From Ptychomitrium polyphyllum (Eukaryota), in NCBI GenBank assembly GCA_973851085.1, contig OZ316775.1, positions 1,736,001 to 1,800,000 of the forward strand: DNA of 64,000 nt, given 5' to 3'. The translations under genes were made by a program, and so were the position numbers. Under the pieces are notes generated by a model. That model was not told where the DNA came from. It saw only the letters and a program-made list of their open reading frames with translations, and did no database searches. Positions 53,774 through 64,000 of this stretch are shown here, in pieces (the stretch's first letter is position 1; each line of letters begins with the position of its first letter).

Positions 53774-55531
53774 ATGGCAACTACATGTCTTCAGGGGTCG
53801 CAAGGGAAGGATCAGAACCAGCAGGCGGAGCCATTCCTCCCTCCTGGCTTCCGTTTCCACCCCACGGACGAGGAGCTGGTCAGCTACTACCTTACTAAGA
53901 AGGTGCTTGACAGCACGTTTGCCGTTCATGCCATTGCGGAAGTAGACCTCAACAAATGCGAGCCTTGGGACCTTCCTGGTTAGTTTTTCCTTTACCTTTT
54001 GTTGTTCCGCGTTCTCCTTCGCACTTTCTGAAAATTTTCCTCACATGTGAGTCAGAAAATCCTAACATGGGTGTCCTTCACATGTGAGTACATTTTTTCA
54101 AACTTGACGACAACTGATATGAATAGATGTGGGATGTGACAGAGAAAGCGAAGATGGGGGAGAAAGAATGGTATTTCTTTAGCCTCCGCGACCGCAAGTA
54201 CCCGACAGGCATGCGCACGAACCGAGCTACAGAAGCAGGATACTGGAAGGCGACTGGCAAGGACCGAGATGTGCTAGCGCATCGGCCACCTCACCTGGTA
54301 GGCATGAAGAAGACTCTGGTCTTCTACCGGGGCCGCGCTCCCAAGGGAGAGAAGACGAACTGGATCATGCATGAGTATCGGCTGGAGGGCGATAGCGGAC
54401 ATCCTCTGCCTCCTCGTATCAACAAGGTATGCAGTAACTGCCATATCATGATGAGCCCGTACTTACCCCCTTTATCCTAAACTGCTTGCTGTCTCGAGAA
54501 CACGTACATTGCATTCTCTATTGAAATCCTTTTTTGAATATTAAAGGCATGTGTCGTTGGGCTTCGGTTGCTGTTGGTGCACAATTAGGGTATGAGGGCG
54601 TAATGTTAGCTTTAGGAGGGTAGATAATACTGCTAGATCATATGCAAGCGTGTTTGCGCATGTTAAGAACGAATTTCTGTGTTCTAAGTCGTTCAACAAT
54701 GTTGTTACCTGTGCGCAGGACGAGTGGGTGGTGTGTCGCATTTTCCAAAAGAGCTCTGGCGGAAAACGGAGCTTTTTGTTCTCGGATTCTCGCATGCACC
54801 AGGCCATGGGGTACCAGCTTGAGGATGCAAGGTCGTCTTTACCGCCTATGATGGACAATTCGCCGAATCCAACCGTCACTGACGAAGGGACTTGCACTGA
54901 TTGCGAGACCTGTGCTGGCACGGAGCAGATGTCGTGCTACAACTGCGTGAGTCAGGACTTCCAAGATTCTCCAACTGGGCTGCATCATCACAACAAGGAA
55001 ACCAACGGCAACGTCATGCCGTGGATTGCGCAACCCGCTGGTATAGACAACATCCTGCAACAAGTAGGATGCCTGAACAACCTCAACAACATGCTCTCAA
55101 AGTCGTACCCCCTGTATGAAACCTACGACAGGACCATGAACATGTCGAGGTTTAGCCAGCAAGCGTTGATGCAATCCGCCAACAACATGACGACGGCGCT
55201 CAACCAGGTCGCGGGTTTCCGGCATGCGAGCTTGCGCCCGAAGACAGAGCCGTCGTCCTTGTGCGAGGGCGAAGACGAAGCGCAGAGCACGCAGAAGGGC
55301 GGGTTCGACTATGGCGGCTGGCCACACGGGGAGGCTAATCTTTACAACGACTCACCGGGAGACTCGTCGTCGCCTCTTCAAAGCTCCACCGGCGGCACCG
55401 ATTTATCTTGCTTGACCGGGAGCCTCTGCAGCAGCGAGAATGTCACTCTCTTCGACTTCAAGTATCGCCTCTCCGATGTCCCTGCGCCTGTCGATTCTGG
55501 CCTCGGCCAGGAAATCCTCTGGGCCTACTGA
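53774..55531 (+). CDS. NAC-domain transcription factor, NAM/CUC clade; 3 exons, 433 aa
   Basis: Exons 53774-53978, 54143-54426 and 54719-55531. NAC subdomains [87 protein letters not shown] and DEWVVCRIF are present. C-terminal [17 protein letters not shown] and LWAY correspond to the CUC-clade LPPLMD, TEHVSCFS and WNY motifs. Confidence 0.95.
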
Positions 55532-58500
55532 CGCAAACCATGGTCGGGTTGTTTCTCCAGCGTATCCATTCCACTCTACAGCAAGCTGGGATTGGGTGTG
55601 CGGCCACGAGCTGGGTCACTCTCTATCTGTAAACCGAAAAACGGTGATCCTCCGCTTACGCCATCATCACTGACTCCTCATGACTTGCTCTCTCTTTGAT
55701 GGACACGATGGTGAAGCCTTAACAACATACAGTGCTGCGGACCATCTATAGTGTACATTAACCGCGATCGTTTGGTACGAGTTTGGAGATCGACATGGAG
55801 ATATTACGGTAACGGTGACCCTGTGAATCAATCCGGATTGCGAGGTGGTATATTCTTCAGCACAGACACTCTTTCACCAATTGTAAGGAGGATTCTCGCA
55901 GTCCGAGTACATTTGTACATATCCTGTAATTTAAGGTGTAATTTTTTGGTACTGAACATCGGACGCACATCGTACATATGTAATTCTTTCCAACACAGTG
56001 ATTACACAGCTCTAGAGTTGCACAGGGAGATTAGCGGCAAGCGCACTACACAACGCAAGGGCCAGTGCATGCCGCTAGTGAGAGATGATGACCATTCAGG
56101 TCTGCAGTTCATGCTCCAGGCAGGTATTACGAGGGCAGGCGGAGTGCACAGAACGTAGAAATTCACTAGACATGACAATGATGATGCATATTTTGGCACT
56201 GCAGCTTTCATTGGAGTATCATACATCGACAGGAAATTGATTGGTTACAAGGTTAACCAGGACTAGGATTTCTATAGCTTATTGCAGCAGCAATCTGTAA
56301 TATGTAGGCTGGATGTTTTGCGTAATTTCAATTGTCCACCTCTTTTCACGGTTTTGCTCTCACTTGTGGATACCCCTTCCAATGCTGCCTGCACGCAAAA
56401 CAATGCCTGATCTCTCTCTCTCTCTCTCTACCATTTGCATATTCAATAACTGTAGTATATTCAAGATGCTTTTCCGAGAGATATCCAGGATAGAGTTGGT
56501 AGGAATTGTTCCATCTTCCATGCGGAATCCAGTTGCTTATATTACTGGTAGTCTCTCGTCTCTATCTGCATCTTGGAGGTTCCAAAGGCGTACAGGGTGC
56601 TATCGATACCATAATGGTAGCACGGAATGGTTGACAACTTGACGAGCCTGAGCTCGAAGACAACAATGCGAACAGATACCTACCCAACTTTGTGCCTACT
56701 AGTACATGAGTTAGTGTGTCCAATCGCAGAGTAGAGGAATCTGTTATAATCAAGCTGTAAGCCCAATGGACCTCTCTGGCTTTAAATCTATGTATTCTGT
56801 ACATGTAGTGGTTGTGAATTGACTACGGCGCTCATCATTGTTAGAGAAGCTTCTGTTGTGGCATGAAGTTACTTCATTGCGTTCCAGAAGGGATGAGAAT
56901 TTAATTGGCGTTTTGCTTGAGGTACTATGGGGAACATGTGGAGGCATTTAGTACAATACAGACTTCATTAACTACCTAAAATATCTGCATAAATATCTGC
57001 ATAAGGTCTGTACGTACTTAATTCTCAAACGTACCAGGTGATGAAACTGGTCACCTGGTCCGTTAAAACCCCAACTCATTGTCGTACAGGTTTATTTAAA
57101 ACCGATATTTTAAACTACAATTCTCATGCATATTATCTTCTTCGTTTATCAAAGTTGGTGGCTTGCAAAAATAAACAATATTTAGTGAGAAATGCCCATT
57201 AAAATGAGAAATGCCCATTAAAAAGAATAGAGTTTATTCAAAGTTAACAACCCTTTGATCATCAAGAATCCATGACTTTTATGAGATTTATTTATTCACT
57301 CCAAAGTGTACTATTTAATAGACTTTTATGAGATTTATTTATGAGGTTTCTATAAGGATTTTGAAAAGAAATTCGGGAATAAGGAAAATAGAGGAACTTT
57401 AGTGGAAGAATGTTGGCTATATTTGTGTATTGCTCAAAAATAATTATTTGATTATTTATGAAAGTTTTGAGGAATTACAAACTTTTGAATAATTAAAAAT
57501 ATATTGTGAGCCACTAATGTTTAATAATTTTTTTAATAAAGTTTTAATATTTTGAACAAACAATGAATACTTTGATCTAATTCAAACTCAATAATGTACA
57601 TCTATCTTTTTTGGCTTAAAATTTGAATTTGAACTTCAAAATTTATATTTGTATTAATTTTCCTCAATTTTTAAGATATATTCAATGAAATTTGGATGGT
57701 TGTACAATCATTTAATGGTGGTTACTAGTTGTTGTTTTGGTGGTTAATGGACCTATCTAGTAGTGTTTATTGGCCTTTGAAAAAATTCCATTTGAAAATT
57801 CAAAATTTATTTTATTTTGATTTAAAAAAATAAAATTAAGTGTTTTTAATTGAAATATAATTAAAATTTGATTTTTATACACCAAAAATTATTGAAAATT
57901 TATGCAATATTTGCAAATGAGACATTCCTTATTGTAATGGTAGTAGAATGTTTTACCTTAACAAATTACCATTCAAATGGGCATAGTGGCTTAGAAAGAT
58001 GTAGATTTGCAATAGAAGAGCAAAGATTGCAAACAACATTTAGTTATCCAATTCACTTGTATTCACTTCTTTTCTTAGCTCAAGACATGGCTTATTTATG
58101 ATGATCTTTCTCTTAGGAATATTTATTTTTAGAAGTTTTTCATTGACTATTTTAAATCTCCTTTCTTCAACTTGTTTTTCCTCTCTGTGACATTTTGCAT
58201 AGTATTCAGTTTTGAACACTGTAGAATTTGTGGATACTTAGCTACTTTGTCGCCTCACTGTTTGATTTCACAAATGATACCCAGTATACTTCCATTTTTC
58301 TAGTTGACCTGACATGGGATTTCCAGAAGTGAGCAATGTAATGAAATGTTCATTTTGAAACCACTTCCAAGAGCACTTCTGCCATTCCAGCTTGTTATCC
58401 AATACCTGCTACTGGTAGTCAACATGTGGAAATTTGGACAAGGACAAGAACTGGAAACAAACTGCCTTATTATTGCCTACAAGTTGCATCTCTGGGTGTT

Positions 58501-60213
58501 GACGTTGTTGCTAGTCATGCCAGCAAGCACATGTTGAATATACATTCTGTTTGCTTCAAATATATGCCAACACAGTGTCATGTCTCAGAACCTTTGAGGG
58601 CATGATCTAGAATACCGCTTCTACAGTCACAGGAATGTAAAACTCTTAGTGAAAACTGTTATCGATGATGTCTGCAGGGAATAAAAGCTATCTGTTCAAA
58701 AAATAATAACAAAGTAATTACAGGTGGTAAAAAAATCAACAAAGTAGAATGTTTCAGGCTGTAATGTTGACCACCGAAAATATTTTCAATCAGACCTGAC
58801 TAGCCTATTAGCAGGCTAGATTCTTTTTTAAAAAACATGAAATCTTATAGAGTGTCACAGTAAAAGACTAGGACAATACTATGACTTTACCTTAATAATA
58901 CTCAAATATTCAAGGCTAAACACTTTGTTTTGTGTTGATAGATTATGGATTGAATTCTTCATGTAGATCTTTTGGTGAATTTTGAACCTCCAATTTCATT
59001 GAGAAATACCTCATTCCAAAGGAGTTATGACCATCATTATCATTTACCATCACCATCATTCAATCAAATGATATTTATGTCCAAAATTTAAAGCCATGAC
59101 TTTATCAAAATGGAGGTGTCTCCTTATGAGTTTGGTAGTCCAAAATTCATCAAAAAATTAAATTTAAGAAAATCCTTTTCATCTTTTTCAAATTTTTCAT
59201 AAAAACAATTAGCCAAGCCATTATTAGTGTACTAAAAAAACCATACTCAACAAAAAATATTTCACTTTATTGATAGAGATCCTACCTCCCTTGCTACCAA
59301 CAACTACATCAAATTAGCTTTTGCACAACTCAATTGATTCTTTAATTAGAGTGCTATCTAGGAGTTTAGAAATTTAGAAGTTGATACAATTATAGTATAG
59401 GAACAAAATCTTTGTTATTTTGGCATTAAATCCATGTACATCTTAATGGATTGTTCATGCAATGTTTTTGAACAATATTATTTTAGGCACTTTCTATCAT
59501 TTGGAATTTAGTTTATTTCCATTTAAGAATTTATAGAGAAGAAATAGATAAGCTCGTAAAGAACATTGAGTTGTTTGGGACTTAAAACACTATGACTAAT
59601 GATACTACAAATTTGGAGACAAAATTTTGATTATTTCTAAGACTTTTAAAAAGCTTCAAAGAAAGCTTCTTACATTGCTTTCTTGCTTAAGAGGCTCCAT
59701 GGCATGTTTTAACTTGGCTTTTAGCTTTTTGCACAGATTGGATGTAGACTTTTTGAGGTTTGTTTCTTTAACAAATGAAGCAATTGCAACAAGTCCAATG
59801 CATGATAAGAACCTCTTTATTTGGATCTTCAAAGATTCATGATCTAGACAAAGTTGACATGGTATTTAAGTACCATATTAACTTTCGAAGCAACCAAAGG
59901 AGAGAAAAAGTTGAATGGCTAAATAGAATATTTTTTTGATGGATCAATTATAACTAAATGTGTCCATAATTTGAGCACTTGGTATAAACTAAACATTACC
60001 AACAACAATATTGTAGACATCTTGAGACTAAAGAAGATTAGAATCCATAATGTTAAATACATTTATAAAGGTTTTCAAAAACTGGTTCTAGAGTTTATGA
60101 TTCCTCCAACCAAATAAAAAAGATGCTATGATGGCTAAGATTCAACAAAAACACTTAACGTTATGTCAACTAACCTTCACGGAGCATTGTGTTCACTAAC
60201 CTCATGGAAGGTT

Positions 60214-60264
60214 ACCTATTCCATAATGCATTCAGGTTCACCTATTCCATGATGCATCCAGGTT
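60214..60264. repeat. 26-bp imperfect tandem duplication
   Basis: acctattccataatgcattcaggttc followed by acctattccatgatgcatccaggtt. Confidence 0.8.
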
Positions 60265-61025
60265 TGTTGGCTTGGCTTACAAATGGACGTATATGGCAGT
60301 AGCGAGGAAAAGATTGAAATGCCTATACAAGGCCACAAATTCGATACCTAAGTTGCAGACATGAACATTGCACACGTAACTTCCAAACACACCGATCGCA
60401 CATGAAAATCACACAAGCCATGGTTATGAACACAACTTTCGGCCAAACAGAGATTGAGCGGACGGAAGAGCTTCGTTACCGGCTTCATGTGCTCAAGCGT
60501 AGACCATGGGAAGCTGGGATTTGCAGACGCTTGGAAGGAGAACAACGAACACGACCGTGAGCACTAACCCCGTGATTCGAGTTATCTGAATCTGCAGACG
60601 AAGGCACTGTAGCGCCGTTACAAGAAACACTGGGAACGAAGCTGAACGATTCACGGCAATCAGGTTGTTTCAACTGTCGGTAGCGGACATTCACACAAGT
60701 TGGTAAAGAATCAAGGATGTCTGCAGCACGCTCCAGCCAAGAAAAGAACCGGTAATGAGTTCGCAGTATTTTACCAGCGACGCTGCCGCTGCCGCCATGA
60801 GCCGCTACCGTCGACGGGCGGCAGAGGTTCGGCGTCTGCTGTGACCGAACCTTCGTGCAGCGTTGTCGCCGAACGTTTGTGAGATCGAAGGAAGTTTGAA
60901 GTTTTGGTGTTGCAGCATAGTTGCACAAGGAGTGTTTGGGTTGATCGTGCAGATGATGCGCAGTTGAGTTCTTTCCGGAAAGATTCGTTTCGTGGGAGCT
61001 GACGGTTGTTTTGCCTTCAGACATC

Positions 61026-63982
61026 ATGACTTCTCTTGTTTCTGTTGCATGTCAGTCGAACTGGATTGCTCCTACTCTGTGTTCAAACGATGTTGTTTCA
61101 AGCCATGTGTGTCATTTAGAACCCACCCATATTTCATTTGCAACTCTGTCGTTGAAGAGTTCACGGGGTAGAGATGGGGGTGGATTGCGGAAGTGTATTG
61201 AATCAATTAGGGTTACGAGGAAGAGATCGAAGCGGCACTTGATTGAGGCATTGTTGGCTTCTGGAGTTGAAAGCAGTGGCGATGCAGCGACTTCGAACCG
61301 CGATCACGAGTTTCTTCAGGTTAGTGTGGAGGTTGCTAAGCGCGAATTGGACTTCTAAGTTATGCGTCTCGATGTGATTCTAAGGTCAGAGTTATGAACG
61401 TGTTACTTTTCTCTCCATGTAGGAGATTCGTCTAGATTTGGAACACGCATAAGAGATTCTTCTAATTTGGGTCACCCATGTTGAAGTGCAATCTTTTGCA
61501 CAATGAGGACACCGCAAATTTGTTGCAGCTTCGACCTGTTTCCTTTTGGAATTCCTTCGTCTGATGTGGTTCTCGTGCTTAATTATTACGTTTCTTGAGG
61601 TGAAATTGCAGCTTTTTCAAGCGATTGAGATTTGAGAGTTTTGAGCTTCGGTGAAAGAAACTGGTTCCATGACAATGGACGTCTGAGATGTTACTTTTAA
61701 AAATTAGCTGACTTACTGTCGAGAAGAATGTAGGAATATGTCAGTGGCTTTCTTGCTTGATTGAAAGTTTTTTGTTGACTTAGTGCAATTCTTCGTGAAA
61801 ATTTGTGTACATCAAAATATCTTACTACTACTAGTTCTTATTGTATACCACTACATTGGATTTAAGTGTTGTTTCTCATTTTCTGGAAGGAGTTGGGATA
61901 TTGCGTAGGTGCGAGGTGTCAAATACAGGCCACCGGGCACTGCGATTAATCTGCTTAATGATGTTTCTCTCTCTCTTTCAGAGAAAAGGTATGATTGCAA
62001 ATATACGAACAGCCTTACTATTTGTTCTGGCTGAAGTACCTCATGAGGCATCTATGTTTCGATTGGATACACTAGAGCCTGCATTGGTCAGGTTGCTTTG
62101 CTACTATTCAGGGTAATTGCATAGATCTAGGGTTCGTTAACAAGTCGTTGACTCAAGTGAACTGTATTTCAAATTTGGGTACTTTCTAAGCTTTTATGGG
62201 TGATTGTGGTGAGCAGTCTTGGACTATTGTATGGTCGCAGTGGCAGCGGGAAAACAACTCTTCTGCAGGCAAGTATTGACCATACCACCTTGGATGGGGG
62301 GATACTAGAGATGAAATATGATATTGATTTTCTCCTTTCTTGCAGGTTTTAGCAGGCTTGGCAGCACCTACGGAAGGGTCTATTACTCTCGACAGAGACA
62401 ACACACACAGATCGCTTTCTTCAAAAGTTGGGATCGTTTTCCAGTTTCCTGAACGGTAAGTGTTCCATTCTTCCACACCACCAAAAGAGTTGAATGCCTC
62501 TGTTAATAGTGTGATACCTATGACAGAACGAGCAGGAGTTTCTCCGTCAGTTAGATCCCTGGCATTTTTCAGTTGATAGATATCACACTATGGAATCATT
62601 GAGATGATCTGTACATTTATTTGCTGGCAGCTATTTTGTAGCCGATACAGTCTTGGAAGAGCTCACTTTCGGGTGGCCTAGAAGAATGGAAGACATGCTT
62701 ATGAGACAGCAGCTTGCGATGAGGTTACAAGCAGCTGTATTTGCGGTAACGTATTCAAATCAAGCTAATGGTGTTCATGGTTTTAGTAATCTGCATCTTT
62801 CTGAATGAGCAGATTGCAAGTGTTTTAAGGCAATTTTCTTCAGAATTGTGGTTCTTTTGACAGTTCTATATTGATTTTTTCCACAACTTTTACTTAACAA
62901 TCTGCTCCAAGTTTTGAATGGAATAATGCTGCGTATTGTCCTCTGGGCTGAAGGCTGTGCACGATGTTTTCTCAGTGTCACGGTTTCTGGTTTTGTAGGT
63001 TGGAATGGCTGACATCGCTTTTGACACCAATCCGCGAACTTTGAGTGGCGGATATAAACGGCGTCTAGCATTAGCTGTGCAACTGGTATTTTGCATTGAG
63101 CTGACTTGAGGCTTTGTGTGTTGATGAACTTTGAAAAGTAATTTTGAAACTTTTATTCCAAGTTTAAGGGTGCTTTGTCGGTTAATGTACATACCAAAGT
63201 GCCTTCATTGATTGCTGTTGTGGCAGGTTCGAATGCCCGATCTGCTTCTTTTGGACGAGCCACTGGCTGGCCTAGGTTTGGATACCTTTGACTTGCTTTC
63301 CGACTGCTCAGCGTCGTAACTTTAGCATGAGCGACTCATCTGAGACTTTTGTCGAATATGAAACACGAAACTTGAGTGAAAGACGAAGTAGAACTCAATT
63401 ACATGATGGAATTTTATCCCTCTGTCCAGTTGACAGTTCGATATCGAATTTTAAGATGCTAAGGCTCAGACTTAGGCTTAGGACTTAGGGCTTAGCAGTA
63501 GCTATGCTAGATGTTACGATTAGGCTAATGTTTAGGCTTGGGGCTCAGATTCAACTCGTCAACACCATGTATTGTTGCTTATGCTGAAGACCCAGTATGT
63601 GCTATCGTGGTTGTGACCAGATTGGAGAGCTCGTGCAGACGTCGTGAAGTTGTTGTGGAGACTCAAAAAAGAGTGCACCCTCATTGTCGTCAGCCATGAC
63701 CTCAAGTACATCTCTTGCATACATCTTAATGAAGACACTAAGTGTACACTTTTTTTTTTTTTGAGAGTGACGTGTTTTCTGCTCTTTGTCGATTGTTGTT
63801 CTCGTGTGATATGTTAGCTAGTAATATCTGTTGTGTATTGTCTTTGCCAACTTACCTGCATGTTAATCCTCTGATGTTGAGTGAGCAGGGAGTTGACACC
63901 ATTAGTAGACCGTGCTTGGCACATGGAAATGGGTGGTGTTCTGAAGGAGCAACGTTGGCCCCCTACACCGTCGACTTACTGA
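61026..63982 (+). CDS. ABCI11: ABC transporter I family member 11 (NAP14)-like soluble ABC ATPase, probably plastid-targeted; 9 exons, 321 aa
   Basis: Exons 61026-61319, 61909-61988, 62217-62268, 62346-62455, 62631-62745, 62999-63085, 63227-63275, 63621-63705 and 63889-63982 (966 nt). Motifs: YRPPGT, Walker A GRSGSGKTT, Q-loop VGIVFQFPERYF, signature LSGGYKRR, Walker B LLLLDEPLAGLD and H-loop VVSHD. The Ser-rich N-terminus resembles a transit peptide. Confidence 0.93.
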
Positions 63983-64000
63983 ACCATTGTTCAAGTGGAA

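Noticed and set aside
53400..53945. 181-aa ORF overlapping the NAC start
   Set aside because: It has a TTG start, is out of frame with the NAC domain and has no recognisable homology; the AUG uORFs are treated separately.
52763..55559. Partial miR164-like matches in the NAC leader (cgtgtccctgctcttct) and 3' UTR (tgtttctcca)
   Set aside because: They need bulges or match only about 10 nt, which is compatible with chance.

Overview
This is eukaryotic land-plant nuclear DNA, most likely a moss (inferred from gene style and very AT-rich intergenic tracts, not proven). I reconstructed three intact spliced genes exon by exon on the + strand: a 19-exon BRE1-type RING E3 ligase of the HUB2 type (8289-16636, 893 aa), a 3-exon CUC/NAM-clade NAC transcription factor (53774-55531, 433 aa) and a 9-exon ABCI11/NAP14-like ABC ATPase (61026-63982, 321 aa, one GC-AG intron). 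Two items are not obvious from the ORF track. The first is a decayed retroelement relic just downstream of HUB2, where a retropepsin-like segment is followed by the N-terminal SAM-binding motifs of a C5-cytosine DNA methyltransferase (17342-18204); this is the most interesting signal. The second is a frameshifted COA5/PET191 twin-CX9C copy on the minus strand (24637-25299). The window also holds the probable 5' exons of an unidentified minus-strand gene running off the left edge, several micro/minisatellites including a perfect (GCTTT)66, and long AT-rich tracts with unexplained higher-GC islands. I recognised no tRNA, rRNA or CRISPR array. All family assignments come from motif recall; no database search was run.
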